A stretch of DNA of 64,000 nt from an uncultured Actinomycetes bacterium. Its GTDB lineage: Bacteria > Actinomycetota > UBA4738 > HRBIN12. Where the stretch lies: NCBI GenBank assembly GCA_963704885.1, contig CAVPIB010000001.1:480001-544000 (forward strand), read 5' to 3'. Positions 51,104-61,738 of this stretch are shown in pieces (position 1 is the first letter of the stretch; every line of letters starts with the position of its first letter). The translations under genes were made by a program, and so were the position numbers. The notes under the pieces are model-generated. The model was not told the DNA's origin, did no database searches, and saw nothing but the letters and a program-made list of their open reading frames with translations.

Positions 51104-53201
51104 GCTCACGCCCTACAGGCGTGGCGTCCAGCGGCAAGGTCGCCACGATCGTCGTCCCGCGACCTATCAGCGACCGCACCACGAACGTCCCGCTCGCGAG
51201 CTCCACGCGCTCGCGCATGGATGCGAGTCCCACTCGGCCCATCTGCAAGAACTCCCTGGCCCGGCCGCTCTCGAAGCCGACGCCGTCATCGGCGATCTCC
51301 ACTCGTAGCTGCAACTGATCCGTCTCGACGCTCAGCGTGACGCGTTCGGCTTGCGCGTGCTTCGCGGCGTTGGAAAGCGCCTCCTGCACCACGCGGTAGG
51401 CGAGCGTCTCCAGATCGTCGGGGATCTCCGATCCCAGCGCGCCGGAGAACTCCGTGCCCACACCGTGGTCGGTTCCGAAGCGGAGCAACGTCTCTCGCAG
51501 CGCCGGGATCAGACCACGCTCCTCCAGGAGCGGCGGGCGGAGCCCCGACATGAGTGCCCGAAGACCGTCGGCCTCGCTCGCGAGCTCCTTACGGATCTTC
51601 TTCATGACCTCGATGCCGCGATCGATCTCGCCGGCGTCGATCATCAGGAGCGCAGCCTCGAGCGAGAGCGACGCCGCCGACACGCCCTGTACCGGCCCGT
51701 CGTGCAGGTCACGCGCGATGCGGTTCCGCTCGGCCTCGATCGCGCTGTTCGTCCGTCGCAACAGACGCGTGCGATCCTCGTCGCGATCCTGCAGGAACTT
51801 GAAGAGCGAACGGATCGTTTGGTCCGCGATCCGGCCCGCGGTGACGTCGCGGACCAGGAGCAGCCGGCGTGGCGGCGTCATGGGGACGTCGGAGATCCGC
51901 GACTCCAGGTAGAGCGGTTGCCCCTCGGGCCGCTGGATCGTCCCCTGCCCAGTGCTCGGCAGCGAGGCGAAGGAATCGTCGGAACCGCTCACCGACGCGG
52001 CGAGCGCGGTCCACGGATGCCCTTCGATGGCCTCGCGTTCGATGTGAACCATGCCGCAGAACGCGTCGTTCGCCCGCAGGATCACGTCTCGATGATCCAG
52101 CTCTACGATCCCGTCCACGGCCGCCTCGAAGACCAGACGCAGGTGATCCTCGGATTGGCGCAGCGTCTCATTCGTCTCCCGGACGCGCTCGAGCGCCATG
52201 TCGGCTTCGGAGAGCGCAAGCTCCTTCTCGCCCAGGGCGCGGCGCGCGGCCGTGTGCGCCTGGGTGCTGCGGATCTGGTTCGCCAGGATGCGTGCCGCAA
52301 CGCCCAAACCCAACAGGGCGATGATCGTGTTGGACTGCAGGTTCGACAGGCGGCGGGATTCATCCAGGCTGGCCACGGCTGCGAGCGCTGCGCACGCCGA
52401 GATGACGGACAAACTGGTGAGGATCGGCCGCGCCAGCCGCGCCGGATGGAGGTTCGATCGTCGAGGTTCGCGGAGCGGCAGCAGGAGCATCGCCGCCGCG
52501 AGCGTCGGCCCCACCAACATGAACGTGATGTCGATCGCGGGGTGCGCCCCATCGAACTGCCCATGCGTCCACTCCCACCCCATGGCGACGGTCGCCGCCG
52601 AGGCTGCGGCCAGGATGACCCACTGGGCCAGGTGCGCCGGCGCCGGATCCCACAGAGCCAGCACGCCGAAGGAGGAGAACATCACGGCGGCCAGGATCGC
52701 GAACGTACCGGCTGACAGCGAGCCGACCCCGTCGGCCCCGGGAGCGCGGATGATCAGGTAGCAGATGGCGGTGAGCGAGGCGGCTATCAACGCCGTGTCG
52801 ATGGCGATCTCGCGTCGATCCTCTCTGGGGAAGTGCGCCATGAACTCGTCGCGGACGGCTCCGAGGATGGGCACCAGGAAGAGCAGGAACAGCAGATCGA
52901 GGAGCCCCGTTGTCACGGGCTGTCCGCGGATGTCCAGAGCGAACAGTGTTGCCCCGGCGAGGGCTAGGAGCGCGGCCGCGGTGGCCAGGTAGGTGGCCGT
53001 TCGCCACATGCCTGACCGCCTGCGTGTGGCCACGATCACGATGCACGCGGCCAGGCTCGTCAGGAACACCAGGCCCTCGCCGGCGAACTCCTTCGCGTGT
53101 GGCGTCTGGGTCAGCGTGTAGCCGGTTACGGCCGCACCTGCTACCAGCAGGAGAAGGAGGGCAGCCGTTCGCGGCCGCCGGAGGGCGGGGGCATCGCTCA
53201 T
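51081..53201 (-). CDS. Membrane sensor histidine kinase (multi-TM, PAS, HisKA_3, HATPase)
   Basis: [32 protein letters not shown] and GLASMRER motifs. Confidence 0.93.
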   Translation of the reverse strand: MSDAPALRRPRTAALLLLLVAGAAVTGYTLTQTPHAKEFAGEGLVFLTSLAACIVIVATRRRSGMWRTATYLATAAALLALAGATLFALDIRGQPVTTGLLDLLFLLFLVPILGAVRDEFMAHFPREDRREIAIDTALIAASLTAICYLIIRAPGADGVGSLSAGTFAILAAVMFSSFGVLALWDPAPAHLAQWVILAAASAATVAMGWEWTHGQFDGAHPAIDITFMLVGPTLAAAMLLLPLREPRRSNLHPARLARPILTSLSVISACAALAAVASLDESRRLSNLQSNTIIALLGLGVAARILANQIRSTQAHTAARRALGEKELALSEADMALERVRETNETLRQSEDHLRLVFEAAVDGIVELDHRDVILRANDAFCGMVHIEREAIEGHPWTALAASVSGSDDSFASLPSTGQGTIQRPEGQPLYLESRISDVPMTPPRRLLLVRDVTAGRIADQTIRSLFKFLQDRDEDRTRLLRRTNSAIEAERNRIARDLHDGPVQGVSAASLSLEAALLMIDAGEIDRGIEVMKKIRKELASEADGLRALMSGLRPPLLEERGLIPALRETLLRFGTDHGVGTEFSGALGSEIPDDLETLAYRVVQEALSNAAKHAQAERVTLSVETDQLQLRVEIADDGVGFESGRAREFLQMGRVGLASMRERVELASGTFVVRSLIGRGTTIVATLPLDATPVGRELSVNDAP

Positions 53202-53325
53202 GTGCCCTCCATCTTGCAGGTTCGGACCTCTCGGCTCCATCACCCACCCGTCGGACATGCATGACCGGACGGCCTAGCCCGCGGCGGGCCGGAGGGGGAG
53301 ACCAGTGGGCCTTCTCGAAGCGTCG

Positions 53326-53961
53326 TTACTCGATCAGGCGGCGGCGAAGAGCCTCGGCCACGGCGGCGGTTCGGTCCGACGCACCGAGCTTCTCGAAGAT
53401 GTGCTCGAGGTGTGTCTTGACCGTGTCGGGGGAGATGTAGAGGCGCTCGGCGATGTCGCGGTTGGTGTGGCCGAACGCCAGCAGCTGCAGGACTTCGATC
53501 TCGCGTGCGGTCAGGGTCTCGGCGCGGCGATCGCGCTCCTTCGCGGTGGAGAGCTCTTCGGCGAGTGCCACCACCAGCTGGGGGTCGATCACCATGTTGC
53601 CGCCGGCCACCAGCCGCACGGTCTGGATCAGGTGCTCGGCGTCGCGCGCCTTGAGCACGTAGCCACGGGCGCCGGAGCGCACCGCCTCCACCACGAACTG
53701 ACGGTCGTCGTAAGCGGTGAGCATGATCACGCCGACGTTCGGGAAGCGATCGCGGATCTCGCGGGCAGCCTCCAGGCCATCCATCTCCGGCATCCGGATG
53801 TCCACGAGGGCGATGTCGGGTCCCTCGTCCTCGATCAGCTTCAGGAGCTCTCGGCCGTCGGAGGCCTCCCCGACGACCTCGATGCCTTCCGCCATGTCGA
53901 GGTAACGCCTCAGTCCTTGGCGCACCAGCGAATGGTCGTCGGCGATGGCTACCTTGATCAT
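53326..53961 (-). CDS. NarL/LuxR family response regulator
   Basis: IADDH, DIRMPEMDG and LTAREIEVL...TVKTH motifs. Confidence 0.95.
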   Translation of the reverse strand: MIKVAIADDHSLVRQGLRRYLDMAEGIEVVGEASDGRELLKLIEDEGPDIALVDIRMPEMDGLEAAREIRDRFPNVGVIMLTAYDDRQFVVEAVRSGARGYVLKARDAEHLIQTVRLVAGGNMVIDPQLVVALAEELSTAKERDRRAETLTAREIEVLQLLAFGHTNRDIAERLYISPDTVKTHLEHIFEKLGASDRTAAVAEALRRRLIE

Positions 53962-54031
53962 GCCCCGTCCTCCGTCCGCGTTCGGACCCCCATCGCGGCC
54001 CGCCCCATCCTAAACGGTCCCGGACCCCGGT

Positions 54032-55201
54032 TCAGAAGATGTACCACCAGTTCATGAACAGGGTCGCCGACAGGCCGAGCCCCGCCGCGAAGCAGGCTAC
54101 GACCGCCGTCGACGGAAGCCGGTGCCGTTCGGTGGCGTCGGCGATCACCCAGAACGCGGGGAAGATCACCGCAACGAACCGCGGCACCGAGAGCAGCGGC
54201 CTGGGCTCGAACGGGTAGGAGAGCGGGATCAGCAGACACCCCAGCGCGTAGATCAGGTAGGGCAGCGGCAGCCGGCGCCAGCCGACCGCCAACGCGACGA
54301 TCACCACGCCGGCGACCAGCAGGTCGATGATCCAGTACGCGGGGTCAACGACGCCGAAGCCCCCGAAAGCCATCAGCGTTGCGCGCCAGAGCGACACCAG
54401 TGGGAACGCGACGACACGCTGCCAGTTCTCCTGGGCGCGAAGCGGGGCGAGTGCCTCGCCGTGGGCGATGCCCCACCAGGCGAAGTACGCGATCGGCCCG
54501 AGCGCCACGGCGATCGCCGATGCCACCCGAGGACCCAGCCGCCCCCCGTTGGCGCGGTATCGGTCGAACGCCATGATCAGGAGCGCCGGGACGAGCACGA
54601 TGCCGATGCTCCTCGTCAGCGCCGCAAGCGCCCCGGCAAGTGCGGCGCTCGGCCATCGGTCGAGCCTCGCCTGCCGGAAGGCGAGCAGCGACAGCAACAG
54701 GAACAACGATTCGCTGTAGGGCGCCAGGAAGAAGAACGCCGATGGGAACACCGCCAGGTAGACGATCGTGCGCCGCGCGACCGCCTCGGAGAACTCGCGG
54801 ACGGTGAGGTCGTAAAGGACGAGCAGCGAGCCGAAGAACGCGGCGTTCGACACGAGGGTCGCGGCCAGCAGCGGATGACCGCCCACGGTCCACGACACCA
54901 CCCGCACCACGAGCGGGTATAGCGGGAAGAACGCGGCGCTCCCGTCGGTCGCCTCGTACCCGGATGTAGCGATCCGCAGGAACCACAGGGCATCCTGCCT
55001 CTCCATGGCGGTGAACACGCCGCCCCATCCCTGGTCGATCGATCCAGCCAGCCACCCGGGGACGTCGACGCCCTCGCGGGCCGGGATCACGCCCATCGCG
55101 ATCGCGGCCAAGATCACCAGCCCCACCCGCAGAGCGATGAACGTGATGAGGCAGGGACGGAGCCCGTCGCGCAGGCGCGGCTCAGCGACCACGTCGGTCA
55201 T
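54032..55201 (-). CDS. PIG-V-like (GT-C) mannosyltransferase family protein
   Basis: RQDALWFLRIA, AFFPLYP, YSESLF and TRSIG motifs; multi-TM. Confidence 0.88.
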   Translation of the reverse strand: MTDVVAEPRLRDGLRPCLITFIALRVGLVILAAIAMGVIPAREGVDVPGWLAGSIDQGWGGVFTAMERQDALWFLRIATSGYEATDGSAAFFPLYPLVVRVVSWTVGGHPLLAATLVSNAAFFGSLLVLYDLTVREFSEAVARRTIVYLAVFPSAFFFLAPYSESLFLLLSLLAFRQARLDRWPSAALAGALAALTRSIGIVLVPALLIMAFDRYRANGGRLGPRVASAIAVALGPIAYFAWWGIAHGEALAPLRAQENWQRVVAFPLVSLWRATLMAFGGFGVVDPAYWIIDLLVAGVVIVALAVGWRRLPLPYLIYALGCLLIPLSYPFEPRPLLSVPRFVAVIFPAFWVIADATERHRLPSTAVVACFAAGLGLSATLFMNWWYIF

Positions 55202-56442
55202 GTAGGCCCCTCAGCCGCGGCCGACGTGGCGGGCTCGGCCGCGGGAAGCTCCACCCAGCCGAGCCTCGGCGCCGGTCGGCGTACCCACGTGACCAGGCAC
55301 CACACCAGGATCAGCGTCCGCACCGCGATCGCGATCTCGAAAGCACCGAACGGCAGTCCACCGAAGCCGGAGAGCTGTCCGAAGAACGAGAATCGCGTGA
55401 TGAAGACGGCGACGTCGGCGGCCTCGAACACCACGTACTGCCGCAGATCGATGGACCCGAGGGCGAATAGCGGCAGGAGCCAAAGGCCGTACTGCGGCGA
55501 GTAGACCTTGTTGGAGAGCAGGAAGAGCACCAGCATGGGAAACGCCAGCGCCCATCGGGAGAAGTCAGGCTCCCGCCGCGCCTTCCATACCCATATGCCG
55601 GCGAACGACGCGATGAAGATCACCAGCGAGAAGGCATTGATGCGCGCCGTTTGTCCGCAGACGGCCGATAGGTGGAAGTGCTCACATCCGATGTACCAGA
55701 GGCTGTCCCAATCCGCCGGTCGCTCGGAGTTGAAGCGGAAGAACTCCCACCAGCTGGACGGGGACGCCGCGGCGAAAGGCACGTTCACCAGCAGCCACGT
55801 CCCCGCGGCGGACCAGCCGATCCTGATCGCGCCGTCCGGTTCGCGGTCGTGGAGGCGTGCCGCTATCAGCGGGATCAACAGCAGCGCCGGGTAGAACTTG
55901 GAGGCGGCTCCCAGGCCGAGCAGGACGCCGGCCCAGCCGTCGCGTCGCCGGGCGAACGCCAGCAACCCGCCCGTGGCAAGCGCCACCGCGAACAGGTCCC
56001 AGTTCATGAATCCGTAGATGATCAGCGTGGGGGCGAGCGCGAACCACAGCGGCTTGCCACCGAGCATGTATAGGCATGTGGCGATCGCGGCGGCACAGAC
56101 CCACAGCAAGAGCACGTTAGCCATGAAGAAGCCGGTCGTGGCCTCGCCACCGATCCACCCGGCTGCCCGCATGAGATACATGGTGAGGACCGGGTACTCG
56201 TCGCACTGCCCATCCGCCTCCGAGCACGGCTGCAGGAACGGCAACCGCCCGCCCGCGAGCTGCTCAGTGTCGAGCAGCGGCACGATGTCTGAGTAGCAGA
56301 GCCGGGTGTACTGGCGCCCGTCCGCCCAGTCGCCCGCCGCGCACGGCGCCTTCAGCGCGACGCCGGCGACGAGCGACCCCAGCAGGCACATCAGCACCAT
56401 GAGCAGGCTGACCGGCCGCGACGCGCGCTCCACGCGGGGCAT
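55198..56442 (-). CDS. Glycosyltransferase family 87 (DUF2029, Rv0051-like)
   Basis: CYSDIVPL, EYPVLT, NWDL and NKVYSPQY motifs. Confidence 0.9.
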   Translation of the reverse strand: MPRVERASRPVSLLMVLMCLLGSLVAGVALKAPCAAGDWADGRQYTRLCYSDIVPLLDTEQLAGGRLPFLQPCSEADGQCDEYPVLTMYLMRAAGWIGGEATTGFFMANVLLLWVCAAAIATCLYMLGGKPLWFALAPTLIIYGFMNWDLFAVALATGGLLAFARRRDGWAGVLLGLGAASKFYPALLLIPLIAARLHDREPDGAIRIGWSAAGTWLLVNVPFAAASPSSWWEFFRFNSERPADWDSLWYIGCEHFHLSAVCGQTARINAFSLVIFIASFAGIWVWKARREPDFSRWALAFPMLVLFLLSNKVYSPQYGLWLLPLFALGSIDLRQYVVFEAADVAVFITRFSFFGQLSGFGGLPFGAFEIAIAVRTLILVWCLVTWVRRPAPRLGWVELPAAEPATSAAAEGPT

Positions 56443-56499
56443 CGTAGCCCGGCCCAGCCGCGTGGACCGTGCGAGCTAACACTCGTAGAGTGGTTGGTC

Positions 56500-57210
56500 G
56501 TGAGATACCGGGTGGAACAACTCGCGTCCGTGTGCGGCGTCTCCGTCGACACGGTCCGCTACTACCAGACGCTCGGGCTGCTTCCCGCGCCGGTCCGTGA
56601 GGGCCGAGTGGCCTGGTACGGCGCAGAGCACGCCGAGCGGATCCGAGAGATACGGTCTCTGCAGAGTAAGGGTCTGACGCTTGCCGCCATCCGCAGGGTG
56701 GTGCAGGGGGAGCTGGGACCGGCGGATGCGGATCTGGCGGCAGCGGTGGCCTCCGCGCGAGGAGTCGATGGCGACGAGTTCCTGACGCTGGAGCAGTTCG
56801 CCGATCGGAGCGGCGTGCCGGCCTCGTTGATCCAGGCGGTCGAACGCGAAGGGATCAGGTTGGGCCGTCCCGTGGATGGCGAGGAGCGGTACACGGAAGC
56901 CGACATCTCTCTCGTGCGGACCGCGCTGCGCCTGCTGGAGTTCGGGCTCCCGCTCGTCGATCTGTTGGCGCTGGCCCGCGATGCCGACGAGGCGATGCGA
57001 GGGCTCGCCGAGCGGGCGGTCGAGCTGTTCGACGAGCACGTGCGTAAGCCGATCCGCGACACGGCCGGCTCGGACCCGGCGGCGGCCGAGCAGATGGTGA
57101 CGGCGTTCGATCAGCTGCTGCCCGCAGTAACCGACCTCGTGTCGCATCATTTCCGGCGGGTGTTGTTGGAGGCGGCGGAGGAGCAGATCGAGGTCGGGTC
57201 GGCCCCGTGA
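56500..57210 (+). CDS. MerR family transcriptional regulator (two HTH units)
   Basis: VSVDTVRYYQTLGLL; second HTH LTLEQFADRSGVP. Confidence 0.9.
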   Translation: MRYRVEQLASVCGVSVDTVRYYQTLGLLPAPVREGRVAWYGAEHAERIREIRSLQSKGLTLAAIRRVVQGELGPADADLAAAVASARGVDGDEFLTLEQFADRSGVPASLIQAVEREGIRLGRPVDGEERYTEADISLVRTALRLLEFGLPLVDLLALARDADEAMRGLAERAVELFDEHVRKPIRDTAGSDPAAAEQMVTAFDQLLPAVTDLVSHHFRRVLLEAAEEQIEVGSAP

Positions 57211-57905
57211 CCCGATCCTCCGAGTTGCCGCTGCCGGAGGGCGAGGAGAAGGCTCTCGCGGTTCGATCGTTGTTCGACAAGATCTCGGGGCGCTACGACC
57301 TGGTGAACCGCGTCATGACCTTCGGCATGGATCGAGGGTGGCGGCGTCGGGCCGTCCGGTCGCTGCGGCTGCCGGGTGGGGCGCTCGTGCTGGATCTGGC
57401 ATGCGGTACGGGAGACCTCTGTACCGAGTTGCAGCGCAACGGCTATCGAGTTGTGGGGTACGACTTCTCTCACGGGATGCTGGTCGCCGCGACCACATCC
57501 GCGCTGCTCGTGGAGGCAGACGTCCTGCGCCTGCCGGTGCGTGATGGCGCGGCCGACGGTGTCACGTGCGGGTTCGCGTTGCGCAACGTGGTGGATCTCG
57601 GCGCGTTCTTCACCGAGCTCGCCCGGGTCGTGCGCCCGGGTGGCCGGATCTCGCTTCTGGACGCGAGCGAGCCCGAGAACCGTGTGATGCGCGCCGGACA
57701 CGGCGTGTACTTCCGCCAGGTCGTGCCTCGGATCGGTGGTCTGCTGTCAGACGCCGGCGCGTACGCCTATCTCCCGAGGTCCATGGCATACCTCCCGCCG
57801 CCCGCTGAGATGGTGGCGATGCTCGTGGCATCGGGGTTCCCCGACGCCGAGCGGGTACAGCTGTCGGGTGGGATCACGCAGCTGCTGGTCGGGACCCGAC
57901 GGTGA
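57207..57905 (+). CDS. menG: Demethylmenaquinone methyltransferase (UbiE/MenG)
   Basis: FDKISGRYDLVNRVMTFG, VLDLACGTGD and GFALRNV motifs. Confidence 0.9.
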   Translation: MTRSSELPLPEGEEKALAVRSLFDKISGRYDLVNRVMTFGMDRGWRRRAVRSLRLPGGALVLDLACGTGDLCTELQRNGYRVVGYDFSHGMLVAATTSALLVEADVLRLPVRDGAADGVTCGFALRNVVDLGAFFTELARVVRPGGRISLLDASEPENRVMRAGHGVYFRQVVPRIGGLLSDAGAYAYLPRSMAYLPPPAEMVAMLVASGFPDAERVQLSGGITQLLVGTRR

Positions 57906-59154
57906 CCGACCCACTCGACCGGGTGCGCGCCGAGCGCCTTGGTCCCGCGTTCGATCTCCTTGCGGGTTATGGGCCCGGCGGCTTCTACATGGAGCGAGCT
58001 GGTATCGGAGTGGCGGGCACACCGTTCCCCGGAACACGACCGTGGACCATGCGGCTGGCGGATACGGAAGCCACGACGGTGGGGGAGATCTTCTCTGAGA
58101 TAGACCTTGGCGGTCTCGACCCGTCCGCTCCTCCCCCGCTCCTCGTCGGGTCGGTGCCGTTCGATCCCGCGCTGGGTGGCAGGTTCATGTTCCCCGCCCG
58201 GACGGTTCGGCGCGACAGGGAAGGCGAGACGTGGTCGCTCGAGTTGGTGCGCCTGGGGGCAGCTCGGCCCGAAGAACACCCGGGCGGTGCGCCGTCGGCG
58301 TCGCCGAGCGAGCCCTTCTCAGGGATGCAGCTCTTCAACGAACCCTCCGTGGAGCTGTATCGAGGAGGCCGTGGCCGGTGCGGTGCAGGAGATCCACCAA
58401 GGCACGCTCCGCAAAGTGGTGCTGGCGCGTACTCTGCGCGTCGAGGCGGGACGCGCGCTCGACCCCACGCAACTGCTGCAGCGTCTGCGAGCGGTCGAGC
58501 CCGAGTGCTACGCCTTCGCCATGGACCTGGATGAGGGTCGAACGATCGTGGGCGCAAGTCCCGAGCTGCTGGTCTCGCGGTCGGGTCTCGAGGTGCGTGC
58601 CAATCCGCTGGCCGGGTCGGCCCCACGCGCGGGTGATCCGGATCAAGATCGCGCGAACGCGGAAGCGCTGGGTTCGTCCGCGAAGGACCGCCAGGAGCAC
58701 GCGATCGTGGTCGAGGCCGTGTTCCGTGCGCTGCAACCGCTCTGCGACGACCTTCGCCACGACCCGGAGCCCACGCTGCTTCCCACCGCCAACGTCTGGC
58801 ATCTGTCCACCAGGTTCCGTGGAACGCTGCGGGATCCGGCGGTCTCGTCTCTGGACCTGGTGCGAGCGCTCCATCCAACCCCGGCCGTGTGCGGCGATCC
58901 GCGGGACCGCGCGATGCGGATGATCCGCGACCTGGAACCGGTGCCACGTGACCATTACGCGGGCGCGGTCGGGTGGATGGACGCGAACGGCGACGGGGTG
59001 TGGGCACTCGCGCTCCGCTGTGCCGAGCTGCGACGGCGAGACGGCGCGGCTCTTCGCAGGCGCCGGGATCGTGGCCGACTCCGAGCCGGCGCTCGAGCTG
59101 GAAGAGACCGAGCGCAAGTTCAGGGCGTTCCTGGATTCGCTCCGCTGGGGGTAG
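57902..59154 (+). CDS. menF: Isochorismate synthase (two +1 frameshifts at ~58358 and ~59028)
   Basis: KVVLAR, GASPELLV, PLAGS, LHPTPAVCG, ALRCAE and FAGAGIV...ETERK across three frames. Confidence 0.88.
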
Positions 59155-59159
59155 GTCGC

Positions 59160-60209
59160 ATGCCGACGCCGGCGACGACGATCGAGGTCGAGGGCCGCGA
59201 CATCCGCGTCTCGAACCCGGACAAGGTGCTGTTCCCGGCGATCGGCGTCACGAAGATGGAGCTGGTCGAGTACTACCTGACGGTGGCCGACGCGGCGCTG
59301 ATCGGGTGCCGCGACCGCCCGACGATCATGCATCGGTTCCCCAACGGCGTGGACGGCGAGCCCTTCTATCAGAAGCGCGTACCGACCCAGCGGCCACCGT
59401 GGGTGCAGACCGCGACGATCACGTTCCCGAGCGGCCGACACGCCGAGATGGTCGCGCCGGAGGACGTCGCACACCTGGCGTGGATGGCGAACCTCGCTTG
59501 CCTCGACCTGAACCCCTGGCCGGTGCGGCGCGACGACGTCGATCACCCGGACGAGCTGCGGGTGGACCTGGATCCGACGCCGGATGTGCCGTGGGACGAC
59601 GTTCGCCGGATCACGCTCGTCGTCCGGGACGTGCTGGAGGAGCACGGAGCCGTCGGGTTCCCCGCGACGTCGGGCAAGCGTGGGATGCACCTTGTGGTGC
59701 CGATCGTGCGCGAGCACGGGTTCACCATGGTGCGAAAGGCGGCGCTGGCGCTGGCGCGCGAGGTCACGCGGCGCGCGCCCGGTGTCGCGACCGCGGCGTG
59801 GTGGAAGGAAGAACGGCAGGGCGTCTTCGTGGACTACAACCAGAACGCGCGCGATCGAACCGTCGCATCCGTGTACTCGGTGCGTCCGGTGCCGGATGCG
59901 CGTGTGGCGACGCCTCTCTCGTGGGACGAGGTGCCGGACGTCGACCCGTCGGTCTTCACGATCCGCACGGTCCCCGATCGCCTGGCGTCCATCGGCGACC
60001 CCGGCGCGGACGCGGATCCGGCGGAACGCTCCAGCCTGGCCGGGTTGCTGGAGCTCGCCGCGCGAGACGAGGCCGGCGGGCTGGGCGACGCTCCGTGGCC
60101 GCCGCACTTCCCCAAGGGCGACAGCGAACCGGTGCGAGTGAATCCCTCGCGTGCGCGCAAGGTGGCCGAGTGGGAGGCCTCGCGTCGCAAGGGGAAGGGC
60201 AGCGACTAG
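59160..60209 (+). CDS. LigD-type primase-polymerase domain protein (Prim-PolC-like)
   Basis: SNPDKVLFP, RFPNG, FYQK, RVDLDP, TSGKRGMH and DYNQN motifs. Confidence 0.92.
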   Translation: MPTPATTIEVEGRDIRVSNPDKVLFPAIGVTKMELVEYYLTVADAALIGCRDRPTIMHRFPNGVDGEPFYQKRVPTQRPPWVQTATITFPSGRHAEMVAPEDVAHLAWMANLACLDLNPWPVRRDDVDHPDELRVDLDPTPDVPWDDVRRITLVVRDVLEEHGAVGFPATSGKRGMHLVVPIVREHGFTMVRKAALALAREVTRRAPGVATAAWWKEERQGVFVDYNQNARDRTVASVYSVRPVPDARVATPLSWDEVPDVDPSVFTIRTVPDRLASIGDPGADADPAERSSLAGLLELAARDEAGGLGDAPWPPHFPKGDSEPVRVNPSRARKVAEWEASRRKGKGSD

Positions 60210-61235
60210 CCCGGCGCGAGCTGTTCGAACGTGCAGCTCTTGGGGTCGCGGTCGGTGCGCCACCTGATCACCGACGCCGAGTGGCGGAACCGGCCACCCT
60301 GCAGACGCTCGTACCGCACCTCGCAGACGAGCTTCGGCTCGAGGGTCACCCACTCGGTGTCGCGGCCTCCGCTCCATCGGCTCTGCCCGCCGGGACTGCG
60401 TCCCTCACCGAAGCTCTCACCGCCGACCAGCGGCTCGAGAGTCTCGCGCAGCTCACGCCGCTCCTTCGCCCGGAACGCCGAGGTGTGGCCGACGTACTGC
60501 AGCGCGCCCTCGTCGTCGTACAGGCCCAAGCAGCAGGCTGCCCACGCCGTCTCCGTTGCGCACCAGCCGATAACCGCCGACCACGCAGTCGGCGGTGCGG
60601 TGATGCTTGACCTTGACCATGACGCGCTCGCCCTCGACGTAGCGCCGCTCGGCACGCTTGGCCACGATGCCATCCTGTCCCACGCCGTCGACGTCGGCGA
60701 ACCACCGCTCCGCCGTTTCGGTAACGGCGGTCTGGGGCGTGAGGATCAAGGCGGGGCCCGGATGCAGGCCGCCGGGCGAGTCGGGCGCCAGGTCAGCGCC
60801 GAGCCGTCGGATCAGACCTTCGAGCTCGGCGCGTCGCTCGTCGGTGGTGAGTGGGCGGACGTCACGGCCGTCGAGCTCCAGCAGATCGAAGGCGACGAGC
60901 GTGGCCGGGATCTCTCCGGCGAGCTTGTTCACCCGCGAGGCCGCCGGATGCAGCCGCAGCTGCAGCGTCTCGAAATCCATCGCGCCGCCGACGATCATCA
61001 CGATCTCGCCGTCCATCACGTACGAGGCCGAGGGTTGTGAGGCGAGCAACTCGACCAGCTCCGGGAAGTACCGGCCGAGCGGGCGATCGCCGCGCGAGTC
61101 GATCCGGACCCCGTCCGCGTCGCGCGTGACGATCGCGCGGAACCCGTCCCACTTCGGCTCGTAGCGCCAGCCGTCCCCGACGGGGAGGTCCTCCTCGGCC
61201 TTGGCGAGCATCGGACGGACCCGTCGAGCGGTCAT
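60206..61235 (-). CDS. ligC: ATP-dependent DNA ligase (LigC-like; +1 frameshift at ~60527)
   Basis: PMLAK, EPKWDGFR, DGEIV, RLHPAASRV, then LGLYDDEG...RFRH...WRTDRDP. Confidence 0.9.
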
Positions 61236-61311
61236 CCGGGAAAGCTAGCCCATCCGCTGCATCCGGGGTCAGCGACCGAGTCGGACGGTGTCGCGGAACG
61301 GACGATCGGGA

Positions 61312-61719
61312 TCATGTGTGGCTCGGCGCTCCCTGATGGCTGCGCCGTCGGACGATCCATCGGGCGAAGAGCCACGTCCCCACCGCTCCGAAGACCGCGA
61401 TCGCGCACGCGGGCCACAGACTCTCGTTCCCGTGAACCATGATGCCCAACGCGTTGTGGCACACCGTGAGCGCTTCCACGCCGCTCACCCGGTTGCAGCT
61501 CGGGGCGACCAGCCAGAAGCCTGCGACGAAGGCGATGGTCGATGCCAGCCCCGGGATGAAGACCGAGCGATCGTGACGCCATCGCCCGAAGATCAGCATC
61601 GCCATACCGACGGCGAAGAACGGTGCGCCGATCCCGATGAGGTCGATGAACCCGAAGGCCGCGAAAACGACGGCGAATGACCAGTAGCCCACAGCCCGCG
61701 ATCGAACGTCCGGTTCCAA
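61312..61719 (-). CDS. Hypothetical membrane protein
   Basis: 135-aa ORF with ~4 hydrophobic segments. Confidence 0.65.
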   Translation of the reverse strand: MEPDVRSRAVGYWSFAVVFAAFGFIDLIGIGAPFFAVGMAMLIFGRWRHDRSVFIPGLASTIAFVAGFWLVAPSCNRVSGVEALTVCHNALGIMVHGNESLWPACAIAVFGAVGTWLFARWIVRRRSHQGAPSHT

Positions 61720-61738
61720 AGAAGCCTCCGACTTCGTG

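Noticed and set aside
58107-60209. 700-aa apparent isochorismate synthase / primase-polymerase fusion
   Set aside because: It results from the +1 at ~59028. The MenF C-terminus ends at 59154 in another frame and the polymerase starts at 59160.
17399-61235. Quadruplet decoding or programmed frameshifting as the explanation for the 12 four-base codons
   Set aside because: The sites share no sequence, slippery motif or codon family, and no frameshift-suppressor tRNA is seen. A two-allele consensus error explains them more simply.
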